A stretch of DNA of 63,786 nt, filler included, from Nemertoderma westbladi (Eukaryota > Animalia > Xenacoelomorpha): assembly GCA_032718475.1 (NCBI GenBank). It is 4 parts of 4 records of this genome, joined end to end, with 100 filler letters (N's around TTAATTAATTAA, not from the genome) between each part and the next. Parts side by side here need not be neighbours in the genome. Positions count along the whole stretch, not along the records: positions 1 to 10,360 come from JAUCBJ010008658.1; positions 10,461 to 37,109 come from JAUCBJ010002901.1; 2 more parts are not named here. One strand, written 5' to 3'. The notes below the pieces were generated by a model that saw only the letters and a program-made list of their open reading frames with translations, ran no database searches and was not told the DNA's origin. Of this stretch, positions 1 through 12,149 are shown piece by piece; within the stretch, counting starts at the first letter, position 1, and each line of letters starts with the position of its first letter. The position numbers and the translations under genes were made by a program.

Positions 1-53
1 GAAGACATCTTAATTTGGTGGGTTAAACTGCCAAAGGTCTGAAAGCGCGAACA

Positions 54-461
54 CCAGGAGTGGTCATGTGTCTACATACTGAATGATATAATTGGATTAG
101 GTAGGTTACATAGGATTATAAGGTGTCTACTTAAAGCGTATGGTTAGGTAGAATACCACATAGTGATAACTGTATACATATTGATTAAGGTGATGGTTAA
201 GAAAAAAACAAGAAACAGAAAACCGAAGACAAAAACATTCTGGGATTCGCCTATCAGGTATTCCCATTTAAAACTTATATAGACCCCCACCTTTTCCTGT
301 TAGTTGCCAGTACATAGTCTGATGCAGACCGGTAGGTCGAAAACTTTTACTATTTATTCTATCTTCATTTAATATAATATAAAAGACCCTCAATACTTTA
401 CATTTTTTCTACCATCCATACACTATGCTACGGCTGGTGAATGCCTACCACTTCATCCGTT
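54..461. mobile_element. Penelope-like element family A, 3' UTR/pseudo-LTR remnant in inverted arrangement
   Basis: About 238-461 matches 50022-50261 in forward orientation. About 54-175 is the reverse complement of ~49760-49876, and similarity continues more loosely to ~235. Inverted terminal segments are typical of PLE insertions. Confidence 0.9.
314..353 (+). ncRNA. Minimal type I hammerhead ribozyme (PLE-associated), copy 1
   Basis: ATAGT-CTGATGCA-GACC(GGTA)GGTC-GAAAAC-TTTT-ACTAT. Stem I is ATAGT/ACTAT and stem II is GACC/GGTC. The stem III palindrome is broken by G>T relative to the copy at 50110. Confidence 0.75.
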
Positions 462-3049
462 CCTTTAATAAATTTACGTCTGTCATAACTATAAATGAGT
501 TTATGACTGTTTTATGCATACGGGCCGGGACAATATCTGTAATATTAGATACATATATAATCATATGATCCATGTACAGATGATACGTGAATATGTTGAG
601 AAATGTGTGCCAGATTCATACCATCATGAAATAAAGTAAAACCCCACCCCCATAGGAGGATGACTGTCAAGTTTCAGCTTAACAATAATTGTAAGTAAAT
701 AACAAAAGTTCGAGAAAATGTTAACTTTCACAGAAATTTCACACTCTACCTGCAGACTGGTGTAATGCAGCAGACGGCGCTGCATGTCTGTAAAGATACA
801 GCCTATATGCTGTAGTAGATGCTAGCAAGTAGCAGACTGAAGGGATTGTAAATAACAAAGTTGGAGAAGATGTTCTCTTTCAGACATTTCGTCTCCTAGC
901 ACCAGACTGCAGGACTGGAGAAATGCAGACTGGTCAGTGTCCTTCCAAACCTATGGTCAGGTTCAGTATATCTGCAACGTGTCAGTTTGAACAGATGGTG
1001 CAACTGATGTAAATATAGTTTCCTGCCTGTTGACCAGCAATTTGGCCGAAAACGGCTACCGAATAGCCCAACCAAGGGCTGGCCAAGGCATCTGGGCCGG
1101 TCATAAGTGTAAAATTCGCTTTGAGATAACAACGGTTCACGTTCACATGCTTAGGGCTAGGACGATCTGCATAACGTAGATGTGCAAGATAGATACTGTA
1201 TAAGCCCGTAATGTGTAGATAGTGACAGACTACATGACGGAACTGCTAGGCCTATCTGGCGCCCCACCTGTATACCACAAAAAGGAAGTAAAAAACTAGT
1301 CTGAATTTTACTGTTTGTTCTTGCCAATACAACTCAAGAACCAAACACAGCATTATTGTTGCAGTTCACTCTCCTACTGGATCCTCACAGCAGTGATAAC
1401 CAACCCAGCCTCCTGCCTGTAGCCTACCTCAAGCGATGATTGGCATGTCAGTACCTGCCTTGCTAATTCTTTACTCTCAGCTGAGGATTATTCGAATTAC
1501 TTGTGATTTTGTTGCAGTGACATGTTGCGGTGACCACGAATTAAGCTTTCACGCAAACAAACGTGTAAAATAAAACACAGACAGTGACAACTGTCTGCAT
1601 CGTATTAATACGCAGTATCGAATGAGCCATAAAGCAAGGAATGAGAGCGAATTCTGACGATCGATGGACATACATACACAAACTGATCAGAGATTTATAT
1701 ATATTACTAGAAAGCCAGTCGGACTTTCTAGTAACACCGCAAGCTGGCACAAAGTGAGAAAATAAGTGTGTTATCAGTAGAATAATAAAAGTCACATTAA
1801 CTGAACTGCCTTTGCGAATGTATTTCTGCTTAATGAGTTTCCCCAGTGACAATAATAATAAGATTATAGCATATAACTATTCGTAACTATGTGTTTATAC
1901 TTACATAAAATATGGATCTATCGGATCTGGAATAAACAAACAAGTAAGCAAGTACTAAGAACAACTACTAACTAGGTTGAGCGAGCTGAGACAAATTATT
2001 TTACAAGTAGTAAGTAAGTAACAAGTACTAACTTCACTAACTCATCATCATTGAAATCCCAAGTGATATCCGTAATAATGGATAGAGGAGGTGGAGGTTC
2101 TTCAGGAAAACTTGTAATGAGTATAGGTGTTGATTTTTGTACGTAATACACTGGAGTTATGTTAATTGAGATAATGAATGACTGAGATATGTCAGGTGAA
2201 GGTGTCCTTGAAGGTGGTCTTAGGGGAGCTATTGTAGGGGAAAGTGTTCCTGGACGATTTTTTGTTGATGACTGCGATAAGTTGGCTGTAGGTGTAACAT
2301 TGTTTCCAGATATGAATATGACGAAGATTATCAATATTAGATTATCCATGTTTAGAGTAATGTTACCCAATCTGCAGTCTACAAGATGATGGCATATCCA
2401 CCCAATACTGATTGACCAGTTATCGTGTTAAATTTTCTCTGCCCCATCTTAGTAACTCGGATCCTGACCCCTGAGATAACCAACCAATCAGAGAGTTGAA
2501 TCATCTCATGCCACGACTTACTAACTCGGGCCATGAGACAACCCACAAATCTGTGCATTGAATTATTTCGGGTCTGACTTAATAAATCTGGCCCTGATAA
2601 AACCACCCACTCTATAATCCAACTCACAGATATATTGGTTATCTCAGGGCCCGAGATAATTTAAAAAAATTGTTGTGCCCCTTTAGGAACTCTGTAAATA
2701 TTAAATATAATGAATGATAAAAAAAAATATTTCACAATAAACTTAAAAAGAACATAGTTCTCAACTTACGCCTTTATAAAATATAATATTCTCTCAACCA
2801 ATGGGATTCTCATATATATATATAAAGGAATTATTACATGCAGAGCGCAGAGCGCAGAGCCTTTAATCCTTTACATTTTTCATAGTTCAAATTCATTTGG
2901 AAATTTATCTTTTCACTTGCCTGGCTCTCTCCCTCTCTCTTCAGGTGTGTCCCGCAAAATATGATTAAGTCAGAGACGCAAAATATGATTAAGTCAGCGA
3001 TGGCGTAATAAGTGAAGACAACTCTATTACTCTTTAATACACCCTTACC

Positions 3050-3440
3050 TTTTGTACGATATTCTTCTATGGGGTAGTACATATTCAAATTCTCTTAAAC
3101 CAATTCAAACTAAAATTAATAAATTACTCATATGCATTACCTACATCCACTACCAATCCTCACTCAGCTAACCCTATTTATAAATCTCTCTCTATTCTTC
3201 CACTTGACTTACTTTAGAAGCACCAAGTATGACTACTTATGTACGACGTAAACTCCACCACTAATAACTTACCATCCACTTTACTAAACTTATTTAGGAA
3301 AACGTCTACAATACATAACTAAACTACCGTACTCACTCTGCTACTCATGGTGACTTCTATATCCAAACTGTACGACTAACTTCATCACAACAATCCATGA
3401 GCTTTCAAGGTCCTCTGATTTGGAATGACATACAATCCGG
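3050..3440 (+). mobile_element. Degenerate CR1/L2-type LINE ORF2 C-terminal fragment
   Basis: Remnant translations WGSTYSNSLKPIQTKINK and FQGPLIWNDI are typical of CR1/L2 ORF2 ends. Confidence 0.55.
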
Positions 3441-3450
3441 GGATCGTAAG

Positions 3451-5756
3451 ATAGATAGATAGATTTATTTATACATTATGTAAAAAACAATAATAAATAC
3501 ACCAAACAATGTACCGGTATAAAGGTATTGTCCAACATAACATATAGGATTACCCCTAAAGCTTTGCAGCTTATTTCCAAGGGGGTCCTTTATTTTACTT
3601 GGTTACAAATACAATATTACACTACGCTAACCTAAAACCAATATAAAACGTAATTAGATTATGTACATGTACAACTTTACCGAGAGCGTGGCAATGTCCG
3701 ACTCAACGATAAAGATGTAATGTACAGAACAATTTATTATAAAACGTAATTACAGTATAAATAGTAAATAATTAATAAAGTAATAACTTACTGTAGGACT
3801 ATTGTACCTATTTTTGCATTGCACACGGAGGTGAGATTTAACTGCAGATTTAAAAGAATGCTGATTATTTAGGTTTTTAATTTCATTAGGCAGAGCGTTC
3901 CAATTTTTAATGCCGTTAAAAAAGAAAGTATCAGATTCGAAGGATTTACAATTCGGGAGGTAGAAGTTTGAAGCACTAGCTCTGGTACTGTAAGAGTGTG
4001 TATCGCGTACTCTGTTGAATTTTTGTTTTAGGTAATTGGGACATTTACCATTATACACTTTATGCACATGGGTAAGGCATAGCTGCTTAACTCTACTATC
4101 TAAGTTAAGTAGTCCAGATTCAGAAAAGTCATCTGGAGTTAGGTGGTGCCTAGGTTTGTAGTCTTTAATAAATCGTACTACTTTATTCTGAGCTACTTGT
4201 AATTTACATTTAAGCTGTTTGGTTAAGCCTTCATACCAAGAAGGGCATGCCCATGTGACACTGTATTATAGAAGAGCAAAGTAACTTGCGGGAGTCGGTG
4301 TTCAAACTATTTTTATTTCTGGTTAGAAACCTAAGCCTACTCTTAACTTTCGAGAAAATATTTTTCACTATGCTTTCTCCTGATAAGCAGCTATCCAATG
4401 TGGCGCCTAAATATTTAACTTCCTTTTTATTTTCAATCTTATGTCCATTACTAGTGACTTCAAACTTAGTTACCTTCTTTAACTTTCTTTTGGAACCAAA
4501 CAAAATACTTTCAGTCTTACCGTAGTGAAGCTATCCATTCACTACGGTAAGACTGAAAGTATTTTGTCAACTCTTTTGTCAATTATCAACCAACCACTCA
4601 TTACAGGATTCTAGAACTGCACTTAACTTTTGGGAAATATGGATAGGATCTTTATGAGAGAAAATAAGAGCACTGTCGTCGGCATATAAAATGAGTTTAA
4701 AATCGGGATCTATACTACTTATCATATCATTTACATAGCATACAAAAAGCAGAGGACCTAATATACTACCTTGCGGTACACCACAGGTAATCTCTTGTAC
4801 AGTAGACTGCGATTTGCTAATGACTACAGTTTGACCTCTGTCTGACAGGTAGGACTTGAACCAGTCTATAGAACCTACACCCATCAGGCCTAACTTACCA
4901 AGCAGAATTTCGTGATCTACAGTATTGAAAGCCTTTTGTAGGTCCAACATTACCATACCAGTATATAAACCCTTTGCGTTATTACATCTAATTGTATCAG
5001 TTAAGTTAATAAGACAGGTAGGTGTCTGTAGAATATGATTTACGAAAACCGGACTGAAGTTCATAGATCAGATTTAGCCTACTAAGATGTGCTTCCAGCT
5101 GTAGAAAAACAGAACGTTCTAGAATTTTAGATACAATACTTAAGATACTAACAGGTCTGTAATTACAGGGTTCTACTTTACTATTATTTTTATACAGAGG
5201 AACAACCTTAGCTAATTTCAGTTCGTCTGGTACTACATTATCTACGATAGAGTAATTAATAATAAAAGTAATAGGCACTTTAAGTACTTCAGCACCATCC
5301 TTAAGAAAACGGGCAGGTATTAGGTCTAGACCGGTACTTTTTGAGGCTGATAGGCTAAGTAGATTTTGAAAAACGAAATCCTCAGAAACGGGTTTTAAAA
5401 ATAACTTTTCTGAATTTTGTAACTTTTCTAAATAAAAATTATTTAGAGTTTCGGACCCTATACTATATTTATTACTTGATAACGGTAACTTCTTAACTAA
5501 ATTAGATTATTAGATTAACTAGATTATAATCAGCTAAAACACGGTATTTCCTAAATTTATACAAATAGTTATCTCTTTCTCTGATATTACTAAGAATACC
5601 CGAGGTCATCCAGGGCTCAGGGCGTTGTTTAAGACTAATTTCTTTAATTGGTGCTACAGTATTAAGTGCCTTTAAAAATATATCTTTATAAACAGTGTAC
5701 GCAAGGTTAATGTCAGCGGCCTTAAAACAGGGTTCCCAGTCAGAATTAACTAACAC
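3451..5756 (-). mobile_element. L2-group (Crack/Daphne-like) LINE, 5'-truncated and frameshifted
   Basis: RT motifs [38 protein letters not shown] and YLG, and C-terminal HSYSTR...WNALP. The 3' UTR has a stem-loop at 3547-3588, then an AT-rich polyA-like signal and a (TCTA)n tail at ~3451-3465. Confidence 0.9.
4501..4566. repeat. Local inverted duplication (29-bp arms, 8-nt loop) interrupting the LINE RT
   Basis: caaaatactttcagtcttaccgtagtgaa / ttcactacggtaagactgaaagtattttg. Confidence 0.9.
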
Positions 5757-5859
5757 GAAGTGGGGCCTTCGCGCAGCACGTGACTTAAATTTAATTTAAG
5801 TACTAATTCGAAAGTATTACTGTATTAGCAAATTTTAAGCAGATTTCGCCTAATCACTT

Positions 5860-6660
5860 TTTACCTCTTTCATTTCTATTCAGACATTTCTGACTCTAGC
5901 GGTATAGTGAGAACTGAAGATGGATTAGGGTCTTCAGCCCCACAAAGACACAGCCTATGGATGAATAGTACATACGTACATCGGCCAAGTTTCATCTTGA
6001 ATAACGGATAACGAAATGAGAGCCGGATCTCACTTTCAGAAATTTCGTCGTATAGCGGCAGACCGATTAAATCTCTCCCCCCCCCCCCCCCCCCCCCCCA
6101 CAAAGACGCAGCATGTGGTCCAGAATATATGGCAAGATTCAGCTTAAACTGATTAAAATCAATGAGACGGGAGAATCTATTCACTTTCAGGCATAAAGTA
6201 GTCCTATAGCGGGTGACTGTTGAACTGATTTTCAACAAAACAAATTTTCAACTTGGCAGCTTTAAATTCGACAAAGTTATAAGCATGTCAATATCATAAC
6301 GACGACAACGATTTCACTTTCAGACATTTGGCCCTCTAGCGGCAGACTGGAGAACTGCAGATGGATTCGCCTCCTTTGAAAGTCACAGCTAATGGTCTAA
6401 TACATATCTGCCAAGTTTCAGCTTAAACGGATTAAAAGCAAAGAAATGGGAGGGCATTTAATGTTTAGACATGTGGCCCTCTAGCGGGAGACCATTGCAC
6501 TGATGGTGTCTGAAAGTCTCTCAAAAATCTCAACTTTAGCTCATATTGATACCTACAAATTTTCAACTTGGCAGCTTTAAATCCGACAAAGTTATTAGCA
6601 TGTCAAAATCGTAACGACGACAACGATTTCACTTTCAGACCTTTAACAATAAATTCGATA
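5860..6660. repeat. Non-coding repeat with internal diverged tandem units (non-autonomous element)
   Basis: An ~85-bp block (aaattttcaacttggcagctttaaat...gacaacgatttcactttcagac) occurs at ~6242 and ~6558. Motifs ctctagcgg and gccaagtttca recur. Confidence 0.55.
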
Positions 6661-7084
6661 AAATACAAAAAAAATCTTTCACTTACCTCGAATCTAGGAT
6701 ATTACCCCCACCCCCCACCCCCCACCCTCCACCCCCCCCTCCCCCCCCGCCCCCCCCACCCCCTACGGCACAACCACCCCCTCCTATTAAACTTCTAGCC
6801 GCTGCAGTCAGTCTGTTTGTCCGTCTATTTGTCTGTCAAAAATAATAATAAAAAATCATATAACCTCACCAAAATATGGCGGTTCTCCAAGTCTGTAAAC
6901 TCAATTCCGATGTCGGTTTTTACGTTTGACAGCATCTTGACTTTGTCTGTCTGTCAGTATGCCTGTTTGTCTGTAGGTGTCCGTCAAAAAATTTAGAAAC
7001 GAAGGTAACTTTACAAAAATATTGCTATGGCGGTTTTCCAGGTCGGTGATTCCATTTTGATGTCAATTATTTATCGCTTCTTGC

Positions 7085-7420
7085 CTCTCTGTCTACGCTG
7101 ACCGTTACCTGACTGTGTTACGCTGACCAGCTGCTTTATCTAAGTGAGCTGTAGCCTCTTCCAACTTCTGCCTTTGCTCATTCTCTGGATATTTGGAACT
7201 ACGAAGAATTGTAAGACCATTAATCTTACATACTTCGCACAGATCGGTCATACATTTCATGGTACAAATACAGTATTATGGCAGATATTTCTGCCATATG
7301 CCCTGGTAAGTTGTCAGTTTTATGGAGAGAGACCCCTCCCCTTCACAACTGCGAATGTATCGTCAGTGTACTTCAGCTTTGGTCAATGAACTGGGCAGTT
7401 GAGAAAGTCTAAAGTTCTTC
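7085..7420 (-). pseudogene. Sola-like DNA transposase remnant (central part)
   Basis: Manual minus-strand translation with stops: LPSSLTKAEVH*RYIRSC...TYQGIWQKYLP*...TDLCEVC...HLDKAAGQR. This matches the LPS..TK / W...LP / TDLCxxC / HL..A..R pattern I associate with Sola2 transposases. Confidence 0.6.
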
Positions 7421-7795
7421 ACAACCGGGAAGTCGACCAGGTAGGGAGGGGTATTGCACAATTTGATGCAATATTTTTGATGAAGTTGATAGCCTTTGAT
7501 AAAATTGCCATGGATTCTATTCCCTTATTTTTATTTTACTGGCTTTCCAGTTAAACCATGAATTCGAATTTGGACACCGAAGTTATCAAAATGAGTTTTC
7601 AAATTAGCTGTCCTCTTTTTCCCACAAGTGTGAATACAGTTAAAAGTTACCTGACAAATAACACGGTCTTCAAAACGAAATGTAGTATGTTTGTAGCTAA
7701 CACACGAATCCTGCCAACCAGCTTCTATATGAGAAAGTACACATAAGTCGAGTTTTGTTCCTAATTTGTTCCTAATTTTTGCAAAGAGCTATGGG

Positions 7796-9475
7796 TAACT
7801 ACTAGGATCGGCATGCTGCATTGCTGCTGCATTGCAGCTGCATTTTTAAGAATGCTGCGCCGGCTTGTCGACAAAATTGCGGCGCAACAACTACATGGCA
7901 TGACACTACATGACATTACATGACACTACATGACATTTGCTAGATCATCCGCATCTTCAAGGCCAGTGTCCTTTAAGATGCGTCTCAAGAAAGTCATGGG
8001 CTGTCCACCATGCTTATTCACTTCATGAGGCTGCCAAAGTACAAGATTATGCACTGGCTGGTCCTCACGGCGAAAGCAATGTCCTGCAAAGCGGAGGCGA
8101 TTTTGTTCTAGTGTCAAGCTTGGGGGAACCAATGAGACACCTCCAATGTTATATAGTGTCTGGTTGGAGATGTGTGCATTGTACTTGACACAATGAACCC
8201 GGCGTAGCATTCTTGTGAATGTGCCATCCAGAGATTTGGTGTCCTCTGCAGTTAGAGCCCAGCATGGACTCCCATAGAGGAGTACTGGAACTACTGCTGC
8301 TCTAAATAATCGGACCTTAAGTTTCCGATTAATTCTCGGTGACTTCCACATCCTGGAAACCCTATTCAAGGCTGCCCATGCCTTTCCCTTACGTATTCGA
8401 AGGTCCTCATCTGACTTCTGGATCCATGATCCCAGGTATCAGAAGTCGTCCACATGCTCAAGCATACCATCCTTTGAGCTTATGCTCATCCGATCAGAGA
8501 CTTGCTGAGGTCTTTCAAAGTTAACTGTCAAAATTTTGATCTTTCTGGAGTTAATAAAAAGACCAACACTAGAAGCAGCATGTTCTAATGAGCTGAGGAG
8601 CCGTTGGGCTCCCTCTAGTGATTCTGAGAGTATTCCTAAGTCATCAGCAAAGTCTAGATCAGTTAGGTACTTGGCAGGATTTCCTCGACTTCTGGAGCCA
8701 GTAGGTGGAGTTATCATCACCCCATCATCATTATGATGATCTAAGGACATGCGTAGAACATAGTCAACCACAATTATGAACAAGAATTGTGCAAGTGTGT
8801 CTCCCTGGAGGACGCCCCATAACACTTCAAATGGTTCTGTGTCACCGTCAACAGTAGACACAAATGTTGTCGAACCATCGTATACTGATCTGATTGCTGC
8901 AATAATTTCATCAGGAATCCTGAATAATGAATAAGGCATAAGGAATAAATGAGGAATAATGAAATTATGCTGAACATACGTGAGCGAGAGACTGATTCAA
9001 AGGCCTTGAAGAAGTCAACAAAGATAACAGCCAGATGCCTGTCTTTCTTTTTTGATAACTCTTCAATTATCCTTCTAAGTGCCAAGATGGGCTCCATGGT
9101 CCCACGACCTTTACGGAACCCATTCTGATTTCCACGGAGCAGTCTCTCAATGGGATCCCTGATGCGATTTAATAGAATTCTATTGTATAGCTTTGCAGCA
9201 ATTGAGATCAATGAGATTCCCCGAAAAGAACCATAGAGTGTTAGGTTGCCCTTCTTGGGAACTGGCACCAACTTATTTGTTTTCATTTCTTGTGGGACTC
9301 TTGTTGTTCGGTACATGTCTACTATGATGGGATAGATGAGCTTTAAACACTCAGGTATTTTAAAGACCTCAGGGGGAACACCATCTACTCCACTGGCACG
9401 ATTGGTCTTAATGCTCTTTGCAGCAGCCTTCACTTCTGCAAAGGAGATATCGCCAATGGGAATATCTGTGAGTAC
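7796..9475 (-). mobile_element. RTE-clade LINE copy 1 (5'-truncated, frameshifted)
   Basis: Motifs PVPKKGNL, RGISL, QNGFRKGRGT, FVDFFKAF, GVLQGDTL, DFADD, YLGS and RLRFAGHC, with a (TAG)n-type tail near 7800. Confidence 0.92.
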
Positions 9476-9479
9476 AGAC

Positions 9480-9810
9480 TCAGACACTTTTACTTCTATA
9501 AAGTTATCAATGGGTAAAATATGAGCTATAAGGGAGGCTACCATTGCCCAAAGTACAGCCACAAGTTTTTTGAATGAATAAATTAATTAACTCATTCTCG
9601 GAAATGCCAACTTGGTTGCTTGGTTCGAGTATTTGAAGTTGTAAAATCAAGTCTGTTATATCTGGATCATCAACTGAAAGATCAATAATTAATTCTAAAT
9701 CCCCCTCATTTTCTTCATCATCACATTCTTCCTCGACATAAACATGGTGGTTAGGATAGGAGTAATGAGAATCCAATTATCTTAATTCGTTCTCAAAAAC
9801 ATCACTCATG
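9480..9810 (-). pseudogene. Sola-like transposase N-terminal remnant, probably same element as 7085-7420
   Basis: Acidic stretch followed by FIQKTCGCTLGNGSLPYSSYF (CGC...P(C)S..F pattern). Same strand as 7085-7420 and upstream of it, separated by the RTE copy. Confidence 0.45.
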
Positions 9811-10360
9811 CTGCATTATTCGTGAAGATTTAGCAAACAATACTACTGTAGGCCTATGCCTAGTGGCACTTGCATTATGATCACTACGTGCCTCAATGGT
9901 AAGTAATCCTTGTTTCATTATCAATAGGGGGCTGCCCAGAATTTTTGACCATTTTCTACACTTTCCCAACACTCCTTACAAACGCATTATCAAAAATAAA
10001 AAAAATGTTTTACAACCCCATCTCCTTTCCCCTCCTAACGTTACATGACACTTTCACACACCCCCTACCCCCCCCCCCCCCCCCCCCCCCACCCCCCAGT
10101 TCCCTCGTTAAGTAATTTCTGAACAACAAAACCTATCCTATGGTAACAAGTACTGTTATGTACTGTACTAAATATTTTTACTGCTCTAGGTTATCATAAA
10201 CAATATCTTAATTTATTTTAATTGTAAAATTAAACGTTAGGCTTGAATGTGGACCCACCGCTATACCGGTATCCATGTAGAATGAACTGCATGCAGATGT
10301 TGAAATACTTATTGGGAATTTGATCCAAAGGCAAATTCACAGCCAGCTAGCTAGATGGGT

Positions 10361-10460
10361 NNNNNNNNNNNNNNNNNNNNNNNNNNNNNNNNNNNNNNNN
10401 NNNNTTAATTAATTAANNNNNNNNNNNNNNNNNNNNNNNNNNNNNNNNNNNNNNNNNNNN
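10361..10460. other. Assembly spacer (N44-TTAATTAATTAA-N44)
   Basis: 100-nt N run containing a linker with stops in all six frames; artificial. Confidence 0.97.
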
Positions 10461-11129
10461 AAAAGAATTAAATAATGCTGTCGCTGGTGTTTATTATTAT
10501 AACTACTGTATTACATAATACATTCGAAATATAAATAACATGCACACTATGTACTGTAGTAACATGAATAATGTTCATAATTACGGTTATATGTACTAAT
10601 TTTTATTTTTATTAGTATTATGTTATATTTTATTATTAGTAGTATTATTAGTATTACAGTCTTATATTATTATATTGAAAATTTCAACCAGTTTAAGAAT
10701 TACATTGTAAAGGGTGTTCTTAAAATTTATTGTATTGTTTTGATTAGCAAAGTCCACTACTGTAACAAACTCATTTCACTAATAAGTACCTTAAATTGTG
10801 AGAGGCAAATTAAAGAATCGCGAAATTAAGTTCACAGAAATCACCATGCCTTGCTGCCGTACGGCGGTACATATAGTACCGTACCAACCGTACCGTACCA
10901 CTCTGTGCTGTACACCCAGATAATAAACATACAGTACTGTAAATATAGTAGGCCTAAATGAAAAAGAAAATGATAATCATTGGAACTATTATGAATTTGC
11001 ACTAACTAGGGGAATGGGCTACTAATGGGTCATAATTAACAATTAATGGGCTACTGTAATACAGTACGGGTACTATTGTGTAACAATTCATGTTGCCATT
11101 CACAAACACCCCAACTGGAATTACAGCAC

Positions 11130-12149
11130 GTACTACTACTAGGATCGGCATGCTGCATTGCAGCTGCATTTTTAAGAATGCTGTGCCGGCTTGTCAACAA
11201 AATTGCACCGCCACAACTCCCTATCACCCATGACATTTGCTAGATCATCCGCATCTTTAAGGCCAGTGTCCTTTAAGATGCGTCTCAAGAAAGTCATGGG
11301 CTGTCCACCATGCTTATTCACTCCATGAGGCTGCCAAAGTACAAGATTATGCACTGGCTGGTCTTCACGGCGATAGCAATGTCCTGCGAAGCGGAGGCGA
11401 TTTTGTTCTAGTGTCAAGCTTGGGGGAACCAATGAGACACCTCCAATGTTATATAGTGTCTGGTTGGAGATGTGTGCATTGTACTTGACACAATGTACCC
11501 GGCGTAGCATTCTTGTGAATGTGCCATCCAGAGATTTGATGTCCTAGCAGTTAGAGCCCAGCATGGACTCCCGTAGAGGAGCACTGGAACTACTGCTGCT
11601 CTAAATAATCGGACCTTAAGTTTCCGATTAATTCTCGGTGACCTCCAAATCCTGGAAAGCCTATTCAAGGCTGCCCATGCCTTTCCCTTACGTATTCGAA
11701 GGTCCTCACCTGACTTCCGGATCCATGATCCCAGGTAACAGAAGTCGTCCACATGCTCAAGCATACCATCCTTTGAGCTTATGCTCATCCGATCAGAGAC
11801 TTGCTGAGGACTTTCAAAGTTAACTGTCAGAATTTTGGTCTTTCTGGAGTTAATAAAGAGACCAACACTAGAAGCAGCATGTTCTAATGAGCTGAGGAGC
11901 CGTTGGGCTCCCTCTAATGATTCTGAGAGTACTCCTAAGTCATCAGCAAAGTCTAGATCAGTTAGGTACTTGGCAGGATTTCCTCGACTTCTGGAGCCAG
12001 TAGGTGGAGTTATCATCACCCCATCATCATTATAATGATCTAAGGACATGCGTAGAACATAGTCAACCACAATAATGAACAAGAATGGTGCAAGTGTATC
12101 TCCTTGGAGGACGCCCCATAACACTTCAAATGGTTCTGTGTCACCGTCA
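11130..12149 (-). mobile_element. RTE-clade LINE copy 2 (3' ~1 kb)
   Basis: Highly similar to 7800-8850. Motifs GVLQGDTLAPFLF and DFADD, with a (TAG)n tail at ~11131-11141. Confidence 0.92.

Noticed and set aside
1400-1860. Possible PHD/APE remnants of a CR1/L2 5' region
   Set aside because: Too degenerate to support by eye.
10361-10460. TTAATTAATTAA motif within N runs (also at 37110 and 60317)
   Set aside because: Identical 100-nt artificial joins with six-frame stops; not biological. Adjacency across them is unverified.
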